Of a stretch of 50,231 nucleotides of DNA, positions 37,056-49,149 are shown one piece after another. Source of the DNA: Nemertoderma westbladi (lineage: Eukaryota; Animalia; Xenacoelomorpha); NCBI GenBank assembly GCA_032718475.1, contig JAUCBJ010000892.1:1-50231 (forward strand), given 5' to 3'. Under the pieces are notes generated by a model. The model made no database searches. It had not been told where the DNA came from and saw only the letters and a list, made by a program, of their open reading frames with translations. The position numbers and the translations under genes are program-made. How positions within the stretch are numbered: position 1 is the stretch's first letter; each line of letters begins with the position of its first letter.

Positions 37056-38718
37056 ATGTCAGACGAATCGGCACCCATTGTCTCGTGTGATGAAAATGAA
37101 ATTGCTACAAATCAGAACGGCCATCGAAAGGGCTGGAGACTATACATGTTGGTGGTAATTTTGATGGTAAATCAAATGATACCAGGATGGTGTCATAATC
37201 TATTGGAGTCATTCTTCCCAATTGTTGTAGAAGAACGTGGTTGGTCGAAGACTCTAATTGGTACATTACTAGCAACATTTGCCACCATCAGACTAGTAAT
37301 ATACATTAGTTGTCCTCATTCTATCAACAATTGGGGGACTCGTATATCTTTGGGGATGTTTGGTGTCATCGGGGCAATTTCTCAGTTTGCATTTGGGTTT
37401 GTTGGATGTATACCAATCGGTAATAATGGGTTATATATATTCACATGTTTTTCTCTGCGCATCATTGAAGCAGTTGGGCTCAACATCAGTTTTATGTATT
37501 CATACAGTTTATTGATGGAATTGGTGCCATCGCAAAGAACTTTACTAGCTAATCTAGCAGTAGTTATTGACAACCTTGGATTTATGATTTCACCGGGTGA
37601 GTACAAAAAAAAGACCCAAGACCCAAAGGCCTGTGTAAACTTTCGTTTATTGTTTTGGTTTCCACAACAGGCCTCTGTAACCTGCTCCTTTACAAACCTG
37701 CTCCTTAAAATGGCAATGGGACCTAAAGCTCTATGGGACCTGCTCTTTGGGACCTAACGCGACTTTACTTCTTTGTTTTGTACAGGTACCAAAGAGCGTT
37801 AGGTCCCATTGCCATTTAAAAGAATAGGTTACAAAGGCGTATTGGGGGAACCAAAACAATTAACAAAAGTTAACACATGTTACAAGAATATGCAGGTCTT
37901 ATAAATGGGTCTTTGGTCTTTGTTTTGTACTCATCCTGATTTCACCAGCTTTTGGTTCAACAGTATTTGCTGCATGGGGTTTTAAGTTCCCATTTATAAT
38001 ATCCGGTTTGATGTTTCTTACTGTCACACTTTACTGCTGGAAGGAATCACCGGACTATGTCTACGACAGATGTGAATCAAAAGATGACAGACCAACTTAT
38101 ATTGAAGTTCTGAAGAATCCAGCAATTACACTTATATTTATTTTGAACGCATATTGGAGACTACTTTCAGCATTCACCCTTGCGAATTATTCTGCCTACA
38201 TTTTTCACATCTACAATGTGAACCAGTACAACATTGGTGGTATTTATATGATTACTCCGGGCTTTCAAACTTCCACAGGCCTCATAATGGTGTTGTTTAT
38301 GAAGAAATTTAAATCTATCTTTCCAACTGTATTTGGGGCAATGTTACTAACAGTATCAATGCAATTAATAGGCCCAACAGAACTACTGGGTTTACCACAT
38401 AATCTCGATATCTCTATCTCTGGATGCGCTCTCTTTGGATTTGGTGCTGGATTATACCTAACTCCTGGGCTGGAAACACAAACGCAACTCGCAGTGAAAG
38501 TTTGCGGTTTTCCAGATAATGTAGACACCAGGTCCCTTCTCCAACAAATGCTTCGAATTGCAACGTCTATTGGAACTATCATAGGTCTCATTATTGGTGG
38601 CTTTCTCAACGATATATTTGGAATGGAATTAGTTTCTTCGTTTCTCGGTCTATTTGGGTTGCCGTATATTTTCGCTCTGTTTTCTGTGTTCGCCTTTAGA
38701 TGTCGCGTTTACAAGTAG
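37056..38718 (+). CDS. MFS transporter, SLC18B1-like; exons 37056-37596 and 37949-38718, 436 aa when spliced
   Basis: Two hydrophobic ORFs join in frame across a GT..AG intron (541+770=1311 nt); motifs FFP..E.RG, LRIIEAVG, GFMISPAFG..WGFKFPF, LIGP, GF.DN..T, IGLIIGGFL..FG recall SLC18B1; AATAAA at 38794. Confidence 0.85.
37595..37936. mobile_element. Mutator-like foldback MITE forming an intron (introner-like)
   Basis: TIR GGGTGAGTACAAAA / TTTTGTACTCATCC, long imperfect inverted arms, 10-bp TSD TGATTTCACC (37585-37594, 37937-37946). Confidence 0.9.
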
Positions 38719-38899
38719 AAGCTTTCTAGGTGGTGGGGCTGATTGTTTAATTTTATTTGCAACACATTTAGAATGCAATAACATGCATTTAAGAATAAAA
38801 AATTCTAAACTGAAAATTGTATAGGTTTAAAATCTCTGAAATGACTATATCTCACTTTCATAGAAGTAGTACTAGAGGAGGGCCTAGCGGCCCGTAAAG

Positions 38900-40052
38900 C
38901 AAGGGTTATAAAAAAGTGATTGCAATTTAATGGCATGTTATCAATCAATTAATTGCAATTGGAAATTATATCAATCATTTAATTGCAATTAAAGTCTTGA
39001 ACCAATCAATTAATTTACAAAATCAATTATTCAATTAATTGCCAATTATTTTAAAAAAAGTTGAAGATATAATATTTACATAATTTATTTATTACGACTG
39101 ACTATTCAATATCAGTAACATACGGGTCCTACGAATTACCCCAAAATACCCCAAAATAGTCAAAAATTACCCCAAAAAGGCTAAAAAATTACCCCAAAAT
39201 CAGCCAACAATGTTTATTAACGGCGAGGAAAAGGAACAGGTTACAGTGGCAAGTTTTTTTTAACCAAAACAATAAACGAGAGTGAAGAAAAAATTGTAAA
39301 TTTTTTTGGGGGTAATTCGTCATTTTTTTTGGGTTAATTCGTAATTTTGCCATAATTTGTGGTATAAATTAAATTTCCAAAACAAATGCTCAAAAACAAG
39401 TATTTTGGGGTAATTCTAACTAGCTGACTAGGCTATTTTGGGGTAGTTTTATTATACTATTTTGGGGTGTTTTGGGGTAATCCGTAGGGCCTACCGGTAG
39501 TTACTACCTAGCTTATTTCTGTCAAGTATCTCGCTCAAACTACCGCAGTACCGCTGTACCGGTACAGGTAACAAGATAACTGAAATGAACGGCTGATGCT
39601 GTTGTAGGCAGTCAGTATGTAGGCCTAATGCTGTAAATATGACTGATACTGATAGTTTATTTTACATAGTGTTTGTGTAGTGGTTCTGTGCACTGTATAG
39701 TAAGCAATAGGAATATAGCCTACAGTAAAACGGTAAGTATTACTGATGCTGCAACTCTGCAAGGCTGGGCGCTGGCTAACTTTCTACTGTTGAACTGATA
39801 AAAATAATTGGATAGGCCCAATTGATTGGGCTGCGCAATGGACGCAATACATTGATAATTGCTTCCTGGGCAATCAATTATCCAATTAATTTCGTCTGTC
39901 TCAATGAATTATCCAATTAATTGCGTCCATCCCAATCAATTATCCAAATAGTTTGAAATTACCAATAAATTAATTTGGTCAATTAATTGCAATTAATTGT
40001 TTGCCTATTGGTTTGCTAATTAGTTTGCTAATTGTTTTTTTGATAGCCCTTG
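38900..40052. mobile_element. hAT-like non-autonomous element with a nested inverted-repeat element (about 39124-39492)
   Basis: TIR CAAGGGTTAT / ATAGCCCTTG, 8-bp TSD CCGTAAAG/CCGTGAAG, CAATTAATTG subterminal motifs; nested IR GGTCCTACGAATTACCCCAAAA / TTTTGGGGTAATCCGTAGGGCC. Confidence 0.75.
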
Positions 40053-41093
40053 CCGTGAAGCAAGTCGTAAGAATAGTAGTAAGAGTCGTAAGAGTTTTTT
40101 GTTCTGTCAAATAAATTAGTCTGAGATTAGTCCCGGTGTTCGAGCTATTTTATACGCAGCTTCAGACTATAATTATTCCGTTGTAATCGTAATCATCTGA
40201 TGAATTATAACAGCTGTTGTGAATATAGAAGATAGAGAGCGGTTAGCGAAATGATTCTTTTGTTCTATCGGTTAGAGTAATCGGAGAGGAGTCGAGGTGT
40301 CAATAGATTGATAATAATAGTTGTTGTCATGAATTCAATACAATAGCGTCAAAGAAGTAAGTAATAAGACGAATTCGTTCTTAATTTTATAAATAAAACA
40401 AGTTGAAATGTTTCAATTTCAATCCGCGATTTACCAATATATATTAATTAAATACATCAATGATACTGTATTATTATTATAGCAGAGAACATTTCAGACC
40501 CGAGAATCAACAGAAGTACTCTGTCTAACTAAAATTCATTCAGCTGGCCTGTCACCTAACATAGCACAGTGAGAGTAACCTTGTAGATATTCCCATAGGA
40601 TTCACTGAAAAGAGCTATTCAGCTGACGGGGTTTTACTTTAGAAACTACTGTCTGGGATAGCGTGGCTGAGTAAACACAACCTTACTAAACTTGGCAAGC
40701 AATATACTTCTCTGCAGTTTGGGCCTATTCTATAGCATTCAACACTAGGCCCTCTCTATAATTTTTTTTCATGAGCACACCAGCTGGTGTTTATATCATT
40801 GAGTCTATGGCAAGATTGCACCCAACCTCAGAAGCCAGTAGCTTTTCTTTCTTACAGTAGCTAATTTGCAACAAAAGTCGGATCACCATACAGTGTCTAA
40901 CTTATATTTTTTGTAATTCTTCAAAATCAGACCATCTTATCCTGGAATTTACACTGTATAATATAGTATTACTTATATTTTTTGAAAGCATAGGCGGCCT
41001 ATTTCAAAATCATTTCATCATTTACATTTGCGAACTGCTGCCTAAATTCATCACCAATAAAAATGTAATGCAAACAAGGCGTACTACTATATA

Positions 41094-41687
41094 CAAGGCC
41101 ATGCCATCGAGTTAACTGGGGGCAAGATTTTTTTTCAACAATTTGATATTTTGATATTGGGAGAGTTCTATAAATTTTCATTTGCTGCAATTTGGTCAAT
41201 GGACGTAATTGAAGCAACCTCGTTAAGTAAGATAAAAAATTTATGGTATATAGCTAGTGTTTTAGATAGGTTTAGCTAGTAATTTTGACACTGGTTCCGA
41301 CATCCTACTTCCCTCTATAAATATTTTGTAGTACGTGTATATTTTGTATGTTCTAGAACATAATTTTTTTAAAAATGAATAGCTAACGTGTTCTGGAACA
41401 TTTTCTATACAAATAGTAAAAAGAACTAGCTACTACAAAATATTTATAGAGGGAAGTAGGATGTCGGAACCAGTGTCAAAATTACTAGCTAAACCTATCT
41501 AAAACACTAGCTATATACCATAAATTTTTTATCTTACTTAACGAGGATGCTTCAATTACGTCCATTGACCAAATTGCAGCAAATGAAAATTTATAGAACT
41601 CTCCCCATATCAAAATATCAAATTGTTGTAAAAAAAATAATCTTGCCCCCAGTCACCGCCCCCAGTTAACTCGATGGCATGGCCTTG
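41094..41687. mobile_element. Tc1/mariner-type MITE, nearly palindromic
   Basis: TA|CAAGGCCATGCCATCGAG...CTCGATGGCATGGCCTTG|TA; about 240-bp arms of high identity. Confidence 0.85.
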
Positions 41688-41836
41688 TATATAGTACGCA
41701 TTGAACGCAAACCAGCAAATTATATATATCACAGTGGTGATTTCGACCTTTTCCACCTTATCGGGTGAAAATATTTGTTCCTTTTTTATTAGAAATTGTT
41801 TATTTTCCTTATTTTCTGATTTACTCAATATCACCC

Positions 41837-43003
41837 GTAGGGGTGGGCACTTCTCCTATCTGCTACACTAAGATAGGGTTAGGTGCTACTCCTATCTGCT
41901 ACCCGAAGGTAGGGTTAGGTGCTACTCCTATCTGCTACCCGAAGGTAGGGGTGGGCGCTACTCCTATCTGCTACCCGAAGGTAGGGGTGGGCGCTACTCA
42001 TATCTGCTACCCGAAGGTAGGGGAGGGCGCTACTCCTATCTGCTACCCGAAGGTAGGGGTGGGCGCTACTCCTATCTGCTACCCGAAGGTAGGGGTAGGC
42101 GCTACTCCTCTCTGCTACCCGAAGGTAGGGGGGGGGGGGGGGCGCTACTCCTATCTGCTACACTAAGGTAGGGTTAGGTGCTAATCCTATCTGCTACCCG
42201 AAGGTAGGGGTGTGCGCTACTCCCATCTGCTACCCGAAGGTAGTGTTAAGTGCTACAACTCCTATCTGCTACCCGAAGGTAGGGGTGGGCGCTGCTCCTA
42301 TCTGCTACCCGAAGGTAGGGGTGGGCGCTACTCTTATCTGCTACCCGAAGGTAGGGGTGGGCGCTACTCTTATCTGCTACCCGAAGGTAGGGGTGGGTGC
42401 TACTGCTATATGCTACACGAAGGTAGGGTTAGGTGCTACTCCTTTCTGCTACCCGAAGGTAGGGGTGGGCGCTACTCCCATCTGCTACCCGAAGGTAGTG
42501 TTAGGTGCTACTCCTATCTGCTACCCGAAGGTAGGGTTAGGTGCTACAACTCCTATCTGCTACCCAAGGTAGGGGTGGGCGCTACTCCTATCTGCTACCC
42601 GAAGGTAGGGTTAGGTGCTACTCCTATCTGCTACGCAAAGGTATAGGGTTATAGGTGCTACTCGGGTGGGCGCTACTCCTATCTGCTACACTAAGGTAGG
42701 GTTAGGTGCTACTCCTATCTGCTACCCGAAGCTGAGTTAGGTGCTACTCCTATCTGCTACCCGAAGGTAGGGATGGGCGCTACTCCTATCTGCTACCCGA
42801 AGGTAGTGTTAGGTGCTACTCCTATCTGCTACCCGAAGGTAGGGTTAGGTGCTACAACTCCTATCTGCTACCCGAACTTAGGGGTGGGCGCTACTCCTAT
42901 CTGCTACCCGAAGGTAGGATTAGGTGCTACTCCTATCTGCTACACAAAGGTAGGGTTATAGGTGCTACTCCTATCTGCTACCCGAAGGTAGGGTTACGTG
43001 CTA
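41837..43003. repeat. 36-bp minisatellite, about 32 copies
   Basis: Unit GTAGGGGTGGGCGCTACTCCTATCTGCTACCCGAAG with a GGGTTAGGT variant; explains the VGVGATPICYPK ORFs. Confidence 0.95.
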
Positions 43004-43093
43004 ATATACAAAGTATATGCCCCCAGTAATTCAACTGGTTCTCATTTTAACTACCCCAGGGGTTGGAAGGCTGTGTGGACCCTGGCCCCGCGG
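43004..43093 (-). mobile_element. SINE core segment contiguous with the minisatellite
   Basis: Minus strand GCCAGGGTCCACACAGCCTTCCAACC..AAAATGAGAACCAGTTGAATTACTGGG matches the SINE at 46195-46259. Confidence 0.75.
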
Positions 43094-43765
43094 ATATCAT
43101 AAGAACGCCCTTCATCTGCAGAATCCACATCGGAAAAAAAATTCCGCATCCTGAGATATCAAAATTCAAAGGTTAACTTTGGCAAGTAAATCGATATAAT
43201 TCTACTGATTTTTTTACTCAATTCTAGTTCTACCTAGAATTTCAAAAAAAACATTAGAATTATATCGATTTAAGTCTCAAAATATACAATTTAGAATTTT
43301 GGGGGCGCATGGTGATGCTGCGACGCCAGTGCCATTGTTCCACACAACAAACATAGAGTAAGGATGACAATGTCAGCTTTCAGTGCATACAAAAAGATGG
43401 GCCTGAGGAAGATCTTAGCTCCACATATTTGTTAATCTAGAGGTACAGTTCTTTGAGTAAATGGCCACTGAAGAGGTTGTAGATCAACTGTTTGTTCAAC
43501 CAATCCAAAGGCTGACGAAGTGGTATCACGAAGTCTTTGTAGGATATATTGAAACTGGGTCTGGTGTAACAGAGTTGTTATCCGGGTATTCAATTACTTG
43601 ATTGGAAAGGTGACACATTTCATGCCCCAGAAGTGGGGCATGAAATGATCTGTTTGTTTGTGTTTGCGAAATGATTTGTTTGGTTGTGCTTGTTTGATCT
43701 GTTTGTCCTAATCCAAAGGCTGGCGATGGTGTATCATCAACATTCTTGGTAGGATCTATTGGAAC

Positions 43766-44500
43766 TCAGTCTGGTGTAACAGTTTTGTTGTCTGTGTATC
43801 CAATTCTTTGATTGGAAAGGTGACACATTTCATGCCCCAGAAGTGGTTCATCTGTTTGTCCTAATCCAAAGGCTGGCGATGGTGTATCATCAACATTCTT
43901 GGTAGGATATATTGAAACTGGGTTTGGTGTAACAGAGTTGTTATCCGGGTATTCAATTATTTGATTGGAAATGTGACACATTTCATGCCCCAGAAGTGGT
44001 TCATCTGTTTGTCCTAATCCAAAGGCTGGCGATGGTGTATCATCAACATTTTTGGTAGGATATATTGGAACTGGGTCTGGTGTAACAGAGTTGTTGTCTG
44101 GGTAGCCAATTCTTTGATTGGAAAGGTGACACATTTCATGCCCCAGAAGTGGTTCATCTGTTTGTCCTAATCCAAAGGCTGGCGATGGTGTATCATCAAC
44201 ATTCTTGGTAGGATATATTGAAACTGGGTTTGGTGTAACAGAGTTGTTATCCGGGTATTCAATTATTTGATTGGAAATGTGAAACATTTCATGCCCCAGA
44301 AGTGGTTCATCTGTTTGTCCTAATCCAAAGGCTGGCGATGGTGTATCATCAACATTCTTGGTAGGATATATTGAAACTGGGTCTGGTGTAACAGAGTTGT
44401 TGTCTGGGTATCCAATTCTTTGATTTGAAAGATTCCCAAAGTCGGGTTTAAGAAGTGTTTCATCAGTTTTGATTTCCGGGTTGGGTACTGCTTCAGTCAT
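43766..44500 (-). CDS. Hypothetical protein made of 51-aa (153-bp) tandem repeats; possibly a pseudogene
   Basis: ATG-initiated 244-aa ORF; period 153 (CATGCCCCAG at 43831, 43984, 44137, 44290); the array continues past the stop to about 43490. Confidence 0.45.
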   Translation of the reverse strand: MTEAVPNPEIKTDETLLKPDFGNLSNQRIGYPDNNSVTPDPVSIYPTKNVDDTPSPAFGLGQTDEPLLGHEMFHISNQIIEYPDNNSVTPNPVSIYPTKNVDDTPSPAFGLGQTDEPLLGHEMCHLSNQRIGYPDNNSVTPDPVPIYPTKNVDDTPSPAFGLGQTDEPLLGHEMCHISNQIIEYPDNNSVTPNPVSIYPTKNVDDTPSPAFGLGQTDEPLLGHEMCHLSNQRIGYTDNKTVTPD

Positions 44501-45467
44501 CGTTCAAGGGTCTACATTTCCGAAAGTAAGACGGGATTAAATAAGGTACTTAAACTTTACAGCCATTAGCAAAATAGAACTAGCAAAAAAAATAATCGAA
44601 AATATATTAACTCTTCACTCCCAAGTCATATTATCCAGATTTTTTTCAGACCTGCAATCTTGGATTTATATCACATAAAGTACCTAATTTTATTAGAAAA
44701 TTGAATAGGCATCGAAAAAATAAACTCCAAAAGCCAGATTACCAATCATCGAAAATTTATAAATATATATATAATATATGAAAAATATATTATATAAAAC
44801 TACATCGTAAATCAAAATTAATATTTATTACAAACAATAATAAAGTTGTATATGAATATATTACTGACAGCGTAATTCATGCAATATTTAAATTATACCG
44901 CATATTTTGTAAGATGTTTGTATGGCAGGAAGAGTACTGAACTATACGGGTAGCCGTCTCATTCTCATATAAAACATATACGTAACAAACATCGTTTTAT
45001 CTATGGAGTTTGTAATATTTCAATTTTCGAATAAAAATTAAACAATTATCCAAAGGAGATCAGTCACAAATCAAAATAATATATATATTTCTAAAGAATT
45101 ATAAATAAACTGGAACTCATGTATTAGCTACAGCAACATTGGATGTATTATTATTGGATGGAAGTGGAGGGCGTTGGTTATAAACCATCTGTTCCCCACA
45201 CCCACAGACCGCGCTGTACAATCCACTACACAGTCACTCCCAACTACCTCCTACTGCAAGAAGTGATAGCCAAACAACTTGCAATCTATGTTCCCATCTC
45301 ATAGTTAGTTATACAGTGTATAGTTAGGAAAAGAGCAAAGCAACGTGTTATGAAATCAGAAAAAACAAACAGTAATAAAATCATATAGATATAAGATACT
45401 CTTTATCTGAGTTACTTAGGCTCAAGTACCTCAGCATATACGAATGGGTTAGCAATACCTACACGTT

Positions 45468-45757
45468 TGTGGGGCGTCGCGCAGCACGCGAACTTGAGCA
45501 AGTTCGAAACAAGTTCGATTTAATCTGGAGTCAAAAGTTCGAGAGGAATTTGCCCGTAACTTTTAAAAATATTGCAAATTTTTCTCAAGTATGCCAATAC
45601 AAAATTTGGTTGAAAATGGTTAAAATCTTCAAAAGTTACTTACGAGTTAATTTTTCATTACAGAGGGACAGACAGACAGACGCACATGAATTTTTTTCCT
45701 ATTTACTAATTATAATTGTGCGCTAAGGCTCGCCTTTACTGCGTGGCTCGCCCCACA
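45468..45757. mobile_element. Small TIR element (TGT..ACA ends)
   Basis: Perfect 9-bp TIR TGTGGGGCG / CGCCCCACA, flanks CGTT/TGTT, internal GACA repeats; a related end occurs inverted at about 46070-46125. Confidence 0.6.
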
Positions 45758-46137
45758 TGTTGCACGATGAAACACGTGAAACACAAAAACTGTTTCATAT
45801 CCAAGTAGAGTCCGTAAAAAATCCACACATGTGCCCCTAGGCAAGCGCAAGATACATTTAGAGGTTAATGTTCACACAAACCTAGATGGGACGGACAATG
45901 TGGATCTGGCTTCGGGTGTAAGGCATGGAGGGCTTCACACAACCTTGGAAGTTAGTGTGAATCCCTCCCTGCCTTACAGGTAGCAGCCAAGAGAGAGCCT
46001 TCGGATTACCTCCGGTGTTTCGTGTGGTACACTGTAAGTTTATAGTTATATATCGTTGACGGAGTGTAATGCGGGGAGAGCCACGAAGTCGAGGTGAGCC
46101 TTAGCGTAACGGTATAATTAGTGATATAATTAATTAG

Positions 46138-46372
46138 GGTAGCTCATTTGGTTGAGCCCGGGGCCTACAATCTATTGGGTGTAGGTACAGCTCCGCCAGG
46201 GTCCACTCAACCCTTCATCCACTGGGATCGATAAAATGAGTAGCAGTTAAATTACTGGGAGAAAAACTAGGAATAGAATTAGCGCCCACACCACATCTAC
46301 CCTCGGGTAGCAGCTATCGAAAGAGGAGAATTCGAGTCGCCTCCAGCTTCTGCCGACTGTTTGGAATTGTGA
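46138..46372 (+). mobile_element. tRNA-derived SINE
   Basis: A box-like TAGCTCATTTGG, degenerate B box, then GTCCACTCAACCCTTCATCC..GATAAAATGAGTA core typical of animal tRNA-SINEs; TAATTAG on both sides. Confidence 0.7.
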
Positions 46373-46864
46373 TAATTAGTGGACCGTCTGCATCGCTGTC
46401 AATGTCGTCGTCGTTAGAAATGTTTGATCGCTAATAATCTGTCAATCATTTCTGATATGGAATCAAACTTGGTACACATGCAGTCTATGAAAAGTTCGCC
46501 GACTTCTAATGTTATTCAGTCGTCCGCTAGGAGGAGTAACCATGTACACTAATTGTACCATTACATTTTCAACTTTTGTTAAATATGTGATGACGCCTGT
46601 TGTAGTACAGTAGCAAAATGCAGTTTCTTATAAAATATATTTAGATTTGGGAGTCTCGGGTGTATTTTATGTAGACGCTTACAGACGAATCTGCTGCATC
46701 CGGATTATAAAACATAACAATTTATTGTCGATTAACATTAATCACATTGATAATATATATTATTACATATAAAATTCATTGGTATATTAATCAGCGATAA
46801 CCTAAAACACATCGATTATATTCGACTGAAAATTGCAAAAAATATTGGAAATAAAACAAAACTA

Positions 46865-47360
46865 AGAACTTCTTGCCACTAACGCTTCAATCTATATCAT
46901 TCTCTGATTGAATCAGACTTAAATTACGCTGTCACGGCTTGGGGAAATTGCGGCGATTCACACATCCTTATCTGTGCCTTCTTCCACTAATAAAATTAAA
47001 GAAAAAATTAATTAGGATAATCCTCTTGAAATCTCATGACCACCATACACACATCTTATTTAATCAATTGAAATTCATTTCATCTGTCCTCACTCTATAA
47101 ATTCCAATATCTACAGTACACAATCTGCTTTAGGCTCCCAACCCAACTAAAGAACAACTTCACGCTCGCCAAATCAATCCATACTTATCTCACTCGAACA
47201 GCCATCAGTCTAAGCTACAAACTACTAGTCTACCGATCCAATCTCACCAAATCCTCCATATCCTACCTACCAGACCCCCAAACTATGGAATGATCTACCT
47301 AAAGACCTTCATAGAGCCACAACCTTACATCAATTTAAAAAAACAGATAAAAGCATTACG
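46865..47360 (+). pseudogene. Degraded CR1/L2-group LINE 3' fragment
   Basis: LYHSLIESDLNYAVTAWGNC, later P.LWNDLPKDL and ..FKK motifs; multiple frameshifts. Confidence 0.7.
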
Positions 47361-49149
47361 CGGCCACTACCCCTGTATAATTGAAAAATTGAAAGTGATG
47401 GGGGGGGGGGGGGGGGGGGGGTAAGTAAGTAAGTATCAGTAGTTAGATTTAGTTCTTATCCACATATTTTAAGTAGAATAATATGCCTTTTATTTACAAT
47501 AATAATAAATTGTTGACAATATGAATAAAGGTTCGGGCCTATCCCGGCAATAATAATAACAATAATAAATAATATAACTAGTTAATATAAATATATTTAA
47601 TTATAATTATATAATTATAGTTAATATAGCCTTTTTGCAATATTTCGTGAATGAATTGCAAACAAATATCGTCTCACAGTTTTTGTTTATGTTAGAAATC
47701 ACTAGTTAAAACTTCCATATCCATGGTGTCCACATTGTACGTACCGTACAGTTTATATTTTTTATTTATTTATACAGTATTGGTTAAGTACAACCAGTTA
47801 ACACTGCGTATAACACACGCAAACACCAAGTAAACCGAAACATTAGAAATTTTCACAGGACTACTATAAATTTGCACTCACAGGTGTTGCTACAATAGCC
47901 AATCACCTGTAAACAAAATAATCCAACGGAATAAGATACATAATAATCAGTTATTGTGATATCCATAAAGGTGTGTTTGTGTCGAACATAATTCACGATG
48001 ACAACATGATCTGATCATGCGCTACTAGTGGACCCATCACAAAATTTGTAAAGCTCGAGTATTATAAACCTAACAAAATAAACAATCACCAGACATCACC
48101 CTTATTCAGAAAGCAGTCGAGTGTTGTTGTGTGTGTTTAGATAAGGTGCAATAGTACAAATAACTGTAATTGCCATCACGTTAAAATAAAACGGAAGCAA
48201 CTTCGTTGTTAGGTAAATCACAACAGTATATTTATGACTACAAAGCTTTTCATTGTATAGGCCTACATCGACCACTATGTAGGATGCACTTCCTACCCCC
48301 TACAACAGTTGTTGAGCAGACATCCATAATCCAATAATCAATCTGTATTATTAATAATAATAATAATATATAATATTTATATCGCGCTTATACTTTATGT
48401 TCTAAGCGCTTAGCTGAACTTTAAATAAAAACCACAATTCAGATCTATAAAAATAGGCATGTTTAAAAGAAACGCATAAAAATATAGAAGAGAAAAAAAT
48501 ATCTCTATTATTATTATCATATTAAGTATTATAGTGGCAATATGACTATATCTCGATGTTGTAGTGTGCAATATCTGCACATTTGTTAAACGAAGATTGT
48601 ATACTACTGTACCCATGATTAGACCTACAGTATTCGAAACGAGTGTGAGGCTTTCACAAAAATAATTAAGTTCATAATCTAATTTAGGGATATAAGGATC
48701 TATTTTCGCATATTCAAGATAAAAGTTCGTTTTAACCGGTAATACGAACTTATAGATCCCGTACCGTTAATTTGTTCTACTGTTACGTTTTTTTTCACAC
48801 TTCACTGTTCTAATTCTCGTAGCTTATTTGCACGCATTCTCTACAAGCTACATTTGCCCACCGTTTCTGTGATTTTTACCAGCTCTTTTCATTTGAAAGG
48901 GTTAGTGGAAAAATATAATTTTTGGGCCATTTCTGGAAATTGCTAAAATGTGCCTTAGGGCCACCACAGGCTTATTCCGGGGCTGTAGGTAAAGGTAATG
49001 AAAGACGCGGAACCATAGCATAGGGTATACTGTAGTTACGGTAGTGTTCGTCATTACTACCGGCTGTCTCGATTTCTGTTGTAATTGACCATGACTATTG
49101 TGATCTATATTATACCATGCCTACGGCCTACTCTACCATCTAGATCAAC

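Noticed and set aside
37597-37757. C-terminal tail of the 233-aa ORF (GEYKKKTQDP...)
   Set aside because: Read-through into the MITE/intron, not transporter sequence.
40480-40960. Higher-complexity stretch that looked coding
   Set aside because: Stops in the frames I read and no motif I could name.
41765-42961. ORFs of VGVGATPICYPK / GRYSYLLPEGR repeats
   Set aside because: By-products of a 36-bp minisatellite with frequent frameshifts; not CRISPR either, as there are no unique spacers.
43766-43768. In-frame TGA as selenocysteine
   Set aside because: It replaces Pro in the sister repeats, not Cys, and no SECIS was recognised.
46138-46200. tRNA gene
   Set aside because: No cloverleaf and a degenerate B box; it is the head of a SINE.
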